A stretch of 63,192 bases of DNA, filler included, from Globobulimina sp. (Eukaryota): NCBI GenBank assembly GCA_003354225.1. It is 43 parts of 43 records of this genome, joined end to end, with 100 filler letters (N's around TTAATTAATTAA, not from the genome) between each part and the next. Parts side by side here need not be neighbours in the genome. Positions count along the whole stretch, not along the records: positions 11,785 to 13,157 come from PIVH01017749.1; positions 13,258 to 14,629 come from PIVH01017750.1; positions 14,730 to 16,101 come from PIVH01017751.1; positions 16,202 to 17,573 come from PIVH01017752.1; positions 17,674 to 19,045 come from PIVH01017753.1; positions 19,146 to 20,517 come from PIVH01017754.1; positions 20,618 to 21,989 come from PIVH01017755.1; positions 22,090 to 23,461 come from PIVH01017756.1; 35 more parts are not named here. One strand, 5' to 3'. A model generated the notes under the pieces. The model did no database searches. It was not told the DNA's origin and saw only the letters and a program-made list of their open reading frames with translations. A program made the translations under genes and the position numbers. This document shows positions 12,193-24,717 of this stretch, piece after piece (within the stretch, counting starts at the first letter, position 1; each line of letters starts with the position of its first letter).

Positions 12193-13050
12193 TTACATTT
12201 GATTAAGATGATAGAAATTAGTGAGTTCGATGGTAGGTACTTTCCAGGCATAGACAGCCATAACATAAGTAACATCATCATCAAAACAAATATTATTATA
12301 TGCTATACCTTGATCAATATTATTAATATAAAATCTCAACGATTTATCGCAAATATTTAATTCCATTCTTATTTCATCGCCATCGTTGATACTATCTCCA
12401 TATTCTTCTTGTCTCCCAACAGCATATTTGAACGAATAGCCAGCCATAACAATCATTTCCGACGCATAATATCTGTCTTTATTACCACAATCATAAAAGG
12501 CGCAATGTTCATATTTTTTATCTGATGAATCAATACCAATCGCAATGATACTGTGCTGCATTAAGCATAGTTTAAATGACCAAACATATTTCCATATTCC
12601 GTAAGAAGTATCCAGATTAATTTTCATATTTCCATATGATGTGCCATCGCCATCATAACCGTCAATTATATGATATGTTTCAAATATTGTCATATTATGC
12701 GCAATTTTTGAAAAATATTCACTCATTTCAGTGTTGCTGTAATATAAAAGACAAATCTGCGAAATTAGCTGCCAGATTTCAGAGCAAAAACACGCACTTT
12801 CTGTATTTGTTAACATTGTTTCTGCAGTTTTGATAAAACCTGACACGATATCTTTGTCTGATTGATTTATTTTATTAATATTATCAGCACCGAATTTTTG
12901 TGAGGTACTCTCATGAACAGATAACAGTGAATTTAATGATAGCTGATGGCCATGGGATGTTTTATCTGGTTTTGGTTTTTCTTCATTGAAAAAAATATCA
13001 ATTAATTCTTCTATATCTTGAGATTTGAACTCAATCTTGACTATTTGAGC
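12193..13050 (-). CDS. SPRY/B30.2-like domain protein, C-terminal part
   Basis: YVWSFK...IAIGID...GDEIRMELN.CDKSLRFYIN..DQGIAY...YVMAV. The 5' boundary near the (AT)n run at about 13052-13082 is uncertain. Confidence 0.7.
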   Translation of the reverse strand, partial: AQIVKIEFKSQDIEELIDIFFNEEKPKPDKTSHGHQLSLNSLLSVHESTSQKFGADNINKINQSDKDIVSGFIKTAETMLTNTESACFCSEIWQLISQICLLYYSNTEMSEYFSKIAHNMTIFETYHIIDGYDGDGTSYGNMKINLDTSYGIWKYVWSFKLCLMQHSIIAIGIDSSDKKYEHCAFYDCGNKDRYYASEMIVMAGYSFKYAVGRQEEYGDSINDGDEIRMELNICDKSLRFYINNIDQGIAYNNICFDDDVTYVMAVYAWKVPTIELTNFYHLNQM

Positions 13051-13051
13051 G

Positions 13052-13083
<32 letters not shown>

Positions 13084-13259
13084 TTTTAATGTGCATACTG
13101 TGTGTACTATATATAGATCCCACTTAACACCATCTACCCACAAGCTGCTGTCACAAANNNNNNNNNNNNNNNNNNNNNNNNNNNNNNNNNNNNNNNNNNN
13201 NTTAATTAATTAANNNNNNNNNNNNNNNNNNNNNNNNNNNNNNNNNNNNNNNNNNNNTT

Positions 13260-14178
13260 GTAACAAATGATTATTACAATGTTGACCCACAATGTCCAGA
13301 TATTGTTCGTAATGGATATGCCACATTAATTGAAATGGGGAAAGACGCAAATAATTACAAAGATATTACAAATACATTCAAGGTAAGTAACAATATACAA
13401 ATCAGATAGAAATGAAATCGTAACTTAAATTATTAATTATTTTAAGTTATGCAATCCAATCAAAAATGAGTCGGATATAAATCATTTACAATATTGGTCG
13501 CGAACTGCTTTATTAATTTTGGCCCAGTTTGATTATCCATATCCAACCAATTTTGCAGCTCAGTTACCAGCATATCCTGTGAATGCTGCATGTGATCTAT
13601 TGGTGGAATATAAAAATAATTCATTATTAGCATTGGCAAAGGCTTCCGGTTTATATTATAATGCTTCTACAAATTATACACTATCCTGTTTTGATCAATT
13701 TGAAGAATATGTATTTTGCTCAGATCAAACCGGTTGTTCACCAGATGCATTATCGCGACTTGTGGAGGATTATGGCGATTGTACGGATGGAGGAAGCTCC
13801 TTTGTTACAAATAACGTGACAGATATGTTTCCGCCAACCATTTGGGATCTAAACAATTTATCAAAATATTGCAATGATACATATGGTTTGCCTCCACCTG
13901 ACGTAGAATGGAAACAAGTATGGTTTCCACAAAATATTATTGCCACAGGAATTACAAATATTATATTTTCAAATGGCGAATTGGACCCATTTATTGGTGG
14001 TGGATATACACAAAATTTAACAGATAAATTACCAGCAATTGTTATTCGCGATGGTGCGCATCATTTGGATTTAAGGAGTAAAAATATTGGCGATCCGCAA
14101 TCTGTTACACAAGCAAGAGAATTGGAAGTACAATATATACGGGAATGGTTGAAACAGATTGAAATGAATCAAAATTAA
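13260..14178 (+). CDS. Serine peptidase family S28 (PRCP/DPP7-like), C-terminal part, intron 13383-13446
   Basis: AQFDYPYPTNF, LPAYPVNAAC, NIIFSNGELDP (catalytic Asp), GAHHLDLR (catalytic His). The 64-nt intron joins TFK|LCNP in frame. Confidence 0.9.
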
Positions 14179-14729
14179 ACTTCAACATTACTAATACCCA
14201 CTTGTTGTGCACTGAGAAAAGGTTTTTTTATGAAACAAACAATAACGTTATATACAGTATATCGTATGAATTAGTGGTTTGTGTTTGTGAAGTCATGATC
14301 AGTCACATCAGTGTTATATACCTGAACCCAATTCATACAGTTTATGTCGGTGGTTTTCCTCTACATTGTCATTGCTAATCCTGTCATCATATCCTATTCC
14401 TAAATTACTATATATTGTTCTCGGATATTATGCCAATACCTTTGTCATGGAATGATTTCCTAAATCCGCCACGTATTTCATCAAACCAATTACGATGCGT
14501 TCGAATCCACATTAAAGCTGCTCCGAATAACATAAATGGCAATAATATGCTCAAATGGCCAATGGTTTTAATTTGATCAATCCTTTCCCGTCGTAAACGA
14601 CTCCATTGACGAACCTCTTCCTCATTAATNNNNNNNNNNNNNNNNNNNNNNNNNNNNNNNNNNNNNNNNNNNNTTAATTAATTAANNNNNNNNNNNNNNN
14701 NNNNNNNNNNNNNNNNNNNNNNNNNNNNN

Positions 14730-15679
14730 ATATTAAATAATTTCGGTGCGCCTCCAACATAAATCCGAATATGTTCAGATGAACAATTTAAAATTTCCAC
14801 TTTGTATTTATATTTTATATTATTTACAGATTGCAGACATTTCATATTAATTTGGTGTCCATTATATTTCCGCCAATCACATTTTACATTTTGTCTCAAC
14901 AACTTTCGAGTAATAAGAAAATGATATTTGCACAAATTCATTAATTGTTTCATCGTTTCTGCACTCCATATTCGACTCGTATGTGCTTTAAATATTTTAG
15001 TTAACAATGGCGTTTCCGACATATTCCTATATTTTAAATATCGATCTTTTTCAATAACTTCATCTTTCAACAACGAACTCATTGATCCAATCTGTATCTT
15101 ACCGATGCTGCGTCTTTTTTTATTGAGCCTCATTGTGCCTTTCCTGTTCTTTTCCGGCGAATGGATCTCTTCATTGACAAATTTCCAACGATTGAACTCG
15201 AAGCCATACTTTTTTGCCATACTTAACTTTGATTTGACATATTCCAAATCATTTAATCGGAATTTATTGATGAATGCTTGTATTTTTTGAGATTTTGTCA
15301 CAATATTTGCGCATTGTAATGGCGGTTTGGAGTACGCGACAATGGCAAGAAAACATAACAAATCACAGAATGCAGCGCTGTTTAAAACGCCTTTATTTAA
15401 TTCTGGGTATAATTTGAGCGTAATTCGTAGCAATGCGGATATTTCAAATCTTGATAGAACAGCGTCAGTTGTAATATTCCAAAAATCGCAGAACATCAAA
15501 AATTCCAATAAACAGATTGTTTCATTCGCTTCGTTTATTTGATCAAATGTTAGTTTATTATTATTTGCCTGCTGTGCTGCTGGTACTGCCTCGGCAAAAC
15601 AATCAAATATTAGAGTCAATGGGCCATTTTCGCTGCGAACAGCACAGTGCCTTTCTCTGCAATCTTTTAAATATGGCAC
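14730..15679 (-). CDS. Hypothetical protein with EF-hand-like segments
   Basis: Long open frame containing TICLLEFLMFCDFW and LNSAAFCDLL. Confidence 0.5.
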
Positions 15680-16201
15680 TGCGTCGTAGTAACATGCTGC
15701 GTGATATAAATCCGATTTATTACTGAATTCAAGATAGGAATATATGTATTTTGGTGTATATTAATATTAAATAGTGAATCAGAATGCAACTATCATAACT
15801 TATTTTTATTTAATTCAGATACGAATTCTTGGTACGTTGGCGAATGAATGTTCTTTTTGAACAACGTTCCGCATGATTGAGATCTGTTCATTTTTTCATT
15901 GGTGTCCTAAAAGTGCATGATGCTCATCATTCATATTTCCAACATCAAGTGGACTCATAATATATATTTATAATAAGCATTGTAAAACACTGCATCGCAC
16001 ACGAAAATTATTTTTAATTCGAAAAATATTCCACTCTCGACTTCAAGCCATTTGTTTGAACGGACTCACTTTAAACCAAAAAAAGAATTAAAGCAAATAA
16101 ANNNNNNNNNNNNNNNNNNNNNNNNNNNNNNNNNNNNNNNNNNNNTTAATTAATTAANNNNNNNNNNNNNNNNNNNNNNNNNNNNNNNNNNNNNNNNNNN
16201 N

Positions 16202-17041
16202 TTAATATTTGTTGAAAGTTGAAGCAGCGAGTCATGTATAAGTCCGATTCTTTCGTTTTTGCGTTTTTCAGTCTGTTGTTCCATGGCCAATATATATTTG
16301 TTCCCTTTGTACTTCTCTTTTTTGACGGTTTTCTTACGATGATATAGGACACCGTCCATATAATCTGACGTACAATGAAAAACAGTCAAATATGTATACA
16401 AAGTGCAGCATATATGTACAGTGCACAGGGTACAGATATATACCGTGTGTAGGTTGCGATGCGTTGCGGTGATGCTTTTTCCTCGGTTTGTACTGTTTTG
16501 TATCGAAATAATTATCACTCAAATTGCAGGATAAAGCCAAAGTGAGTGATTCGGTTTGAATTAAATCGGATTTAGCGCGTTTATGATGACTTCGGTGCCT
16601 ATTTGGAGATTTATATTTGTTTGGTAGCGGTCCGGGCGCTTTCTTGCGGATTTTATCGCCGCGGATCATATCACAGCGGATCTCTTGCCCCCGAAAGTAG
16701 GTATGACCGTTGATAGTGCCATTGTGTTTACCCAGTGTGCCGTCTACAAATTCAATTCCAAACCATATGCCTTGGCCTTTGTTACAGGGGCCAATATATT
16801 TTATTTCAGCCATTTGGCCTTTGGTGTCATAGATATACTCGCCCGGAAAATACTTCTTTTGTATGGATGTGGCCAGCGGAGAACACTTCTTCTTAGATTT
16901 GGATCGTTTGCGAGTGTCATTTGGTTTCACAGTCGATTTGGATCTTTTTTTCGTGTGGTGAGTGACTGGGTTCTTGTAATCGTCATCGACAAAAACAAAT
17001 GGTTGTTCTGGTCGGGATTTATTATTAGTGATAATATCCAT
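16202..17041 (-). CDS. CAP-Gly domain protein, spliced (intron 16365-16443), 3' truncated
   Basis: IKYIG.....GIWFGIEF.....GKHNGTINGHTYF. The 79-nt intron joins PTH|DYMDG in frame. Confidence 0.85.
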
Positions 17042-17243
17042 TATTGTGATTTGATTGTTTAGCAAATGGTAAACTGACGTACAACATTGGAAAGACAACG
17101 AAGCATTGAAAAGAAGAAAAGTTAGAGTAAAAAAAGTCTGAAACTCTGAAATAAAACTTTTTTTCTTACGTTGTTTCTGCCGTATGTAGCCGAATATGAA
17201 TTCATTATATTTCTTCTACGCAATTGTAATGGAAACATATTCA

Positions 17244-17573
17244 TCAATGTGCAGAATAATCAATACCTTTTGCATAAGTCTCTCGGATAAAAAAAGAGCA
17301 TAGAAATGCAAAGATCAAACAAATTGGAACTGTGGTAAACCCAAACTGGTAATCAGATTGGTTATAATTTCTATTCCCATCTTCATCGAAATCGTTTCCT
17401 CCTCTGATACTGCTCCAATGCATATCCATTAAGCTTCCAATTAAAAATTGCGATAAAAATCCTGATGAATTCGTAATACTATTTATTACTCCAATTGCAA
17501 CATCACAACAATTGTAATATTCATTAAGTTCCCGTACACTGGCCCAGAATATCGGATTTTGTCCACCGAATCC
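17244..17573 (-). CDS. MFS transporter, C-terminal helices
   Basis: ASVRELN...VAIGVINSI....GFLSQFLIGSLMD...DYQFGF..VP....AFLCSFFIRET. Confidence 0.7.
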   Translation of the reverse strand, partial: GFGGQNPIFWASVRELNEYYNCCDVAIGVINSITNSSGFLSQFLIGSLMDMHWSSIRGGNDFDEDGNRNYNQSDYQFGFTTVPICLIFAFLCSFFIRETYAKGIDYSAH

Positions 17574-17673
17574 NNNNNNNNNNNNNNNNNNNNNNNNNNN
17601 NNNNNNNNNNNNNNNNNTTAATTAATTAANNNNNNNNNNNNNNNNNNNNNNNNNNNNNNNNNNNNNNNNNNNN

Positions 17674-19045
17674 TTTTGGACGAGAATCAGTTATTGGAAG
17701 ATGTGGCAAAATGTAACATTTACAAAACTGAGAATTTCCCCGAAAAACACATCGTGCAAATCGGCCAAATATTTGTCTCAATTTTGAGACAGTGCATTAG
17801 TAAAACAACACAAAATCAGATATTGCCGTGGATCAAATTTTTTATGTTATTTAAAGTATTTCGACAAAAACCCCTCCGTTCAGGAAAAAAGCATATTGCT
17901 CGAATTGATGCGACGTTTAAACGAAAGTTACAAATGTTCAAAGACGGCAATATTTGGGAACTCTGGGAAGAAACTAAGAAAATGCAGAAAAAGTTAGAAA
18001 CAAATATGGAAAACAAAATGAATAAAATTAGCGAACAAAAACGCGTTGAAAATTATAAATTAAGCAAATGCGAAAAATATCTGAGATTAGGCTATGTTAA
18101 GAGAGCCAACGACGTTTTAAAGAGCCATGGGATCGCCAAGCTGACTGATTATAACAAGAATAAATTGAAAACAAAATTAAAATCTGGCAAAGTATTAACA
18201 AAAATAAAGTCACTCCGTACAGTCGAATTGGTAACAAACGAGCTGAGATTGAATACATTATTTATAAAATTGAACAAGTTGGCTTCCGGCGGCGTGAATA
18301 TATTAAATGTCAAAGTATTACAACAACTGTGGACGATTCGCAATGTAATTAAATTAACTGCGCCGTTAACAAAGTTTATTAATATGGTTATGAATGGTAA
18401 CGTGCCCGACGTCATAGGTCCTCATTTCTGGGGCGTTCGAGAGGTTTTATTGAATAAACCGATCAAAAAAGACGCTCCGGTCGGCACTAAACCAGATATT
18501 CGACCCGTTGGCATTTCAGATACATTGGCGAGATTGGCAGAGTCCGAAGCATGTAATATAAATAAATCAGAATTAAATAAACATATCGACCCCGCTCAAA
18601 TTGGCATTGGTGTTAAAGGCGGGGCCGAAGGCATGATCGAAATGCACCGTCGAGCTGGTTGGTTCATGCAACATTCGCGTGACTTCAAACCAGTAACAAA
18701 TCCACCCTCTGACGATGACATCGATATGGAATCCGAAAAGGACTCCGAATTTTATAGTTTGTTGCAAACGGACATTGAAAATTGCTTCAACTCAATCAAT
18801 AACGAAGAAGCATTGAAATTGTATGCCAAACACGTCCCAAATCTCTACCCTTTGATGTATAGTATGTATAAGCAACCAACTAAAATATATTTGGCTGACG
18901 GTACAGTTTTGTATCACTGCAATGGTGGCATTCAAGGCAGAATAACCTCCGGTTATAGTTTAGCTTTAATACAATACGAAATTGAGCTGAAAGTCAAAGA
19001 AAAATGCAAATCATATTTAAATAATTATAAAATAAATGGTCGATC
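17674..19045 (+). mobile_element. Non-LTR retrotransposon reverse transcriptase, CRE/SLACS-clade-like, internal fragment
   Basis: KPDIRPVGISDTLARL, QIGIGVKGGAE, LQTDIENCFNSI, GGIQG; truncated before the YxDD motif. Confidence 0.85.
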
Positions 19046-19650
19046 NNNNNNNNNNNNNNNNNNNNNNNNNNNNNNNNNNNNNNNNNNNNTTAATTAATTA
19101 ANNNNNNNNNNNNNNNNNNNNNNNNNNNNNNNNNNNNNNNNNNNNAGCTAATTACACCTCGCTCATATTCCAAATCTCCATCACGTGATAGAGCTTTGTG
19201 TGGTTCCTTGATTCAACAAACTCGCAGACACCAACTCAATAAATTTAAGGATGTTAGTCCGTTATTTTTTGTCTTTTAACCTGTTTTGTTTCTGTTGTTT
19301 TGTATACCGTATATGTCTTTAATTAATTTAATTTCATCATAATAAGTGATACCAATATCAGTTACGCAATATCCAATCTTTCAAACGACTCTTGCTTTAA
19401 CACAGTTTGCCATTATGACTGCATTTCCAGTGAGCTCAAAAATTTTAACTCATTTTAAATGGCTGCTTGATCATGGGACAAGCTTTGTGTGTATTTGTGA
19501 TTGTGTTGATATTGGCAAATAACATCTATACATCACATATTAAGCGGTCTGGTAAGCTAATCAACGGAACAAAATTATTTATAAAGCAACATAGCTTTTT
19601 GTTTACTGTGCAAAAGCAAACATATTATAACAAGCACAAACAACAACTAA

Positions 19651-20310
19651 TCAGCCGAATATACCATTTCCATTGCCAACATATGCAGTATCAGGAATAT
19701 TATATTTATTAATATGAGATTTCAACTTAGATTCATGTGATTTACTCTCAATATTTCTTCTTTTATTAGTTTTAATCAAATCATCAATCCAATCATTATG
19801 TTTTGATGTTAATATGATTCCATATTCTGATAATTCATCCACCAAATGCTTATAAGGATAATTGCATGGTTCAATCCCTCGCGCGACACATCCAGCAGAT
19901 GCTAAACCTCCCAAATGACGCTTTTTATGCGCATATGCATTAATAATATGATTACATGACTCGTTTAAAGAAGTACAACCAGGTTTAAGCAAAATATTTA
20001 TCGCAGAATCAGTTAAGTGGTTGTCATATAACCACTGCTTAAACAATTGTCTTATGCCAATAGGTAAATTATGTTTTGCTGAGGATAGAGCAGCTGATTT
20101 ATTTTCTGCATTTCCGAATGCTGTTTTACACCATTCATAACCGTTCAGATAACAATCACAATGCATCTCATCATCTGGCATATAATGAGTGAGTACTTTG
20201 TTGACTGCTTCTTTTGCTGCCTCTACAGTATTAATATTTATATTATGGAATGCATATTGGAATATTTTATCAATAATCAATTTACAATAATTAAAGGTGA
20301 ACCCTCGCAT
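19651..20310 (-). mobile_element. Probable decayed DNA-transposase remnant (Mutator-like)
   Basis: H...H..C...C cluster then TSLNESCNHII..YAHKK, resembling the T..NES.N..I....PK motif around the catalytic Glu; upstream frames contain stops. Confidence 0.4.
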
Positions 20311-20678
20311 ATCATACTCAACATAGCTACATGCCCGCCAATTATACAGTTGGGATATTACAGTTGGGATTCATATTTGTTTTATCGATATTTCAATTCG
20401 AGCACTGTGTCGTGGCCATTTGCCTCTTTGAGTGATGCATTAAATCATTTGGTGATCAATACCACCAATGCGAGCAATGCATTCAATTCATTGGCGACAG
20501 TCATAACCACGGCGGACNNNNNNNNNNNNNNNNNNNNNNNNNNNNNNNNNNNNNNNNNNNNTTAATTAATTAANNNNNNNNNNNNNNNNNNNNNNNNNNN
20601 NNNNNNNNNNNNNNNNNATTCTATGGTGTGTTTGTACATGAAAAGATTCATATCAAATTCTCAGGAAACACATTAAAT

Positions 20679-21989
20679 CTACATTTTAATCTGGATTCTA
20701 TCTAAATGATGCTTGAACAAATGAACAATGTATCTGGGGGTTTTCGCATCTTTTTTATTCAATAAATGGTTTTCGAGCATATTTAATAGTTCTAATTTAG
20801 CGTCATTTGAAATATCAATTTCGTCACAATCCGATCCTTTCATCAATGTTAATAAAAAATGAATTGCCTGTAAATACTGAATATAATTCATCCATTTTCC
20901 ATCCGCAATGCTTTTTATTGTAACTATTTTTAATATAGAATCGCCGCCGAAAAATAAACATTCAGATTCATGAAATGCAGAGACACACTGACAGTCAAAA
21001 TAAAAACATTCAAAATGTTCATGCCTTGATAACTCTAAAATCATTCCGTCATTGGTTGCGAATGTTTGTGCAACGCCCATCTGTCACAAGAATTGAATTT
21101 ATGCCCAAAAACATGCAAATATAACATACATTTGTGGAGGTACTGACAGGCGCATTGAATCTGGCAATGAATTTATTAAATATGAAACTGGAACTAATTC
21201 CTCTGTATACTGTCTGTATTGATTCTTTTTCATCACTCATACATTCACCAAAGCACTGCACAGATTCACATAATAATTTGCTCCAAATTGCAAAGTCTGA
21301 GTTACGATTTGTAACTTGTTCATATGTTTCAGTTGTCTTTATTTTCCTAAATGTTGCACATAAAACATTGCACAATTCTGTGTAATCTGTGTACAGTTTG
21401 AGAGCTTCCAAATGCAGTAAAGATATCATTTCATTTTGTCCCACGCCAATATTATATAATTCATTCCCATTGGATTTAGGCAGATATTTTTTGGCTGTTT
21501 CAGTTCTCAACAAAAATTCACAATTTTCTTCTAATTCCTGCCATTGTGTCATCGTTAAATTAAATTGTTTATTTTGTGTTATTTCTTCTTTTAAACTTGA
21601 ATATTTTGCAGAATATAACAGTCATCGTTTTCATTCCAATATGTAAACTTATATCCAAAGTCATAGATATATACAGTGCAATTGTCATCCATTTTTGTTT
21701 CATTTTGGGGTTCTTCAATGTCTTCATCAATCATCAATATCATCAATATTATCATCTTTTATTCCTGCACACGACCGATCAGTATGTAATGCATTAACAT
21801 TTAATTGTTTTGCGATTAGTTTGTTTGATATCATCTCATTTTTTGCACCACAATTATTACCATCTCCTTCTAATAACAACTGTCCATCAATCTGTTGCAT
21901 CTCAGTGGGTGTTAATAGATGCAAATCAAACTCATGCACTATAAAACAATGTATATTGCTCAATAAATATAAAACAATCAGATAGTTAC
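20679..21989 (-). pseudogene. ADP-ribosyltransferase-fold family member 1 (intron 21081-21129; two upstream frameshifts)
   Basis: VYRGIS, NAPVSTS|, SAFHESECLFFGG. The 49-nt intron joins STSTN|MGVAQTFA. Frame changes near 21612 and 21730. Confidence 0.65.
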
Positions 21990-22229
21990 NNNNNNNNNNN
22001 NNNNNNNNNNNNNNNNNNNNNNNNNNNNNNNNNTTAATTAATTAANNNNNNNNNNNNNNNNNNNNNNNNNNNNNNNNNNNNNNNNNNNNCGGCCTGCGAA
22101 GGATTAGCAGCCATGTTCGAGGATGAGGGTGAACCCGAGCGCACATGGCGACCACGTGGCTTGGCTGATGCCTCTGAACCGAATACGTATCGGGAAACAA
22201 GACCAGCCGAGGATAGACCCAGGCGGAGT

Positions 22230-22470
22230 TTAGCGACTGATTTGTCTGCCATCAGGCATTTTGGTGCGCCTAAGAAAACCGCTACGCAAATTGCATTTCA
22301 CCACACTTGCACCTTCGAAGTCCGCTCGCTCTAAAAAGGCCCCTCTAAAATTTGTATTTTCAATATGGGCATCGATGAACTTGGCTCTTTTTAATTTCGC
22401 ACCGGAAAAGTTAACCTTCTCCAACTTCGCACCGCTAAAATCTGCGCCTTCTAAACTAGTATGACTAAAA
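22230..22470 (-). CDS. Bacterial-type pentapeptide-repeat protein C-terminus, joined in frame to the Patched fragment
   Basis: ADFSG AKLEK VNFSG AKLKR AKFID AHIEN TNFRG AFLER ADFEG...TKMPDG; downstream DNA is more GC-rich. Confidence 0.75.
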
Positions 22471-23461
22471 TCCACATCAATAAATACGATTTGTATCTTT
22501 TCAATCACCGAACCCGACCATGCCTCCTCCGTTAAATCATAATAGGTCATCGAATAGCTGTCGTCGAGAAGGAACAAGCGCATATCCGATGAGGTTTCAA
22601 TTTTTGTTCCAAAATATGCAGAAACTCCAATCAATGCAATAAACACAACAATAACACACATTCTACCAACAAAACTCCTCAATACAGCAACGAACGTATA
22701 TTCTAAAACCCAATCCAATGAAAAACGTTTTGCAGACTGATGTATATCACTCTCATCGGTTTCGTTTTGATCCGCATCTTCTTCCACGGCTTGATGCGTA
22801 ATACACGGACAGCAAAAACTCCTATTTCGTTGTATCCGCTTATTATCATAAACCAATAATGGCACAAACAACAAAAATTGAAGCAAATAGTTACCGAGAA
22901 ATGAAAACGCCGCATAAAAACAAAAATATTCCAATCCCGGTAAGTCAGTAACGGTCCCTGCAAAAAATGCAATAATCGAACAAAATGAAGTCAACGTAAC
23001 TGCCACACCGCAATGTTTCAACGCCTTTCCTAACTGTTTCGCAGTAAATTGTTCATCGCTGTTTGCCATTTTTGTATGATTCACAGTGTCAACAATAATT
23101 ATCATATTATCCACACCTACGCCCAATAAAAGAAAGGGTACAACAAACACCAATGTGGAAAATTTGTTATCTAAATATGCACCGATACCAAACCCGAATA
23201 TCAACGCACAAAGTAACACAAATATCTGTATATTAATATATAATTTGAATTATATTTCTATTTTATATATTACGTAACTGAAGAACTTGCTAATAATGCC
23301 CTCATTCGTACACAGGAACCCAATGAGCCCAACGTCAACTGCACATAAACCAACATGACTCCAAAAGCAATGAGAAACATTTGGGCATCTCCTACCATGG
23401 TCGCTAACATCTCATCTTCGGTACCTATGGTGGAATAATATGCAGTGTCGAATTCAATATA
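22470..23461 (-). CDS. Patched/NPC1-family sterol-sensing-domain membrane protein fragment (intron about 23226-23278)
   Basis: PFLLLGVGVDNMIII, GVAVTLTS.CSIIAF..G, PGLEYFC.YAA, LQFLLFVPLLVYD.KR. Confidence 0.85.
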
Positions 23462-23561
23462 NNNNNNNNNNNNNNNNNNNNNNNNNNNNNNNNNNNNNNN
23501 NNNNNTTAATTAATTAANNNNNNNNNNNNNNNNNNNNNNNNNNNNNNNNNNNNNNNNNNNN

Positions 23562-24717
23562 TGCACACAGCGTGGGGTTCCCGCAGTGTTGCCGTCATAA
23601 TCGGTTCGATAACCACCACCTCATTGGTGGAGAAGTATGGCGGTTCGCCAGACCTTTGGATTATGTATTTTGGAGCTATTTCGCAATCAGTGTTCCTATG
23701 GGCATTTTAGCTCTATTTGTGCCGGAAAAAAGACAGCAAAAAGAGTTTGAAACAGTGACTGATGTGAATTCGGATATGGATACATCGCTTGTCAATATTG
23801 GCCATAATAAATCACATTCTGTGAAACAAATTCTGTGCTTAACCTATCAGACATTATGCAGAAAATCGATATTTTATCCGTTGCTGTTTATGTTTATATT
23901 GTTTTGTACGCCGACTGGCGAAGAGGGTGTTATGTATTTTTTGATTTATGGCATTGGATTCGCAGAAAGTAAAATTGGTTATTTATCTGTTGCTGCACAA
24001 GTCGCATTTTTATTATCCATAGCGATCATAACGTATCAGTCTCGCAAATCCAATCCGAATTTTAGTTTGAGGTAAGTTTTCCGAGTCTGTTGCAAATTAA
24101 ATACAACACAAAATACTTAACACAGGAAATTGTTTTTTTGTTGGACGTTGTTGGCTGCTTTTTTGCCATTTTTGATGTTGATATTGATATTTCGAGTGAA
24201 TATAAAATGGGGAATCTCTGATGAATTTTTTATGATATCTGATCGTGTCGTAATTAAGGTGGCGTCGTATATGTTATATATGGGCACAAACGTATTGACA
24301 GCGAGGATATGTCCGAATGGCATCGAAGGTATATTTATGACAGTTATTACATCATTGTTGAATATTGGCAATACTGTATCATATACAATATCTGCGCAAA
24401 TGTTAAATGCTTTGAATATAAAATGCATTGAAGACCCAAATGATGTGAATGATTTAGAATGTAATTTTAATAATTTATGGATTATGGTTATTATCGTCAA
24501 TTTAACCTCGTTGATCCCATTAATACTAATTCGGAAAGTGCCAAACGAAAAAGAATTGCAAATCATCGGAGATAAATTATCAAAAACATGCAAGAATGCA
24601 AATGATGATTCTCAAGAGATAGCTATGGAGAGATCGGAGATGATCGGGTTTTATTGGTTTATGAAGAAATTAAAATGTTGCTCGTCCTCTCAAAATGGTA
24701 CAAAAGTTGATATTTGA
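23562..24717 (+). CDS. BT1-family folate/biopterin transporter (MFS), C-terminal part, intron 24072-24125
   Basis: AWGSRSV..IIGS, IFYPLLFMFI...TP, LTARICPNGIEG..M....SLLNIG. The 54-nt intron joins LR|KLFF. A frame discontinuity lies near 23650. Confidence 0.8.

Noticed and set aside
23635-23651. 17-nt GTATGG...CAG mini-intron that would repair the BT1 frame
   Set aside because: It is GC-rich and far shorter than every other intron seen (49 nt or more); an indel is more likely. RNA-seq would decide.
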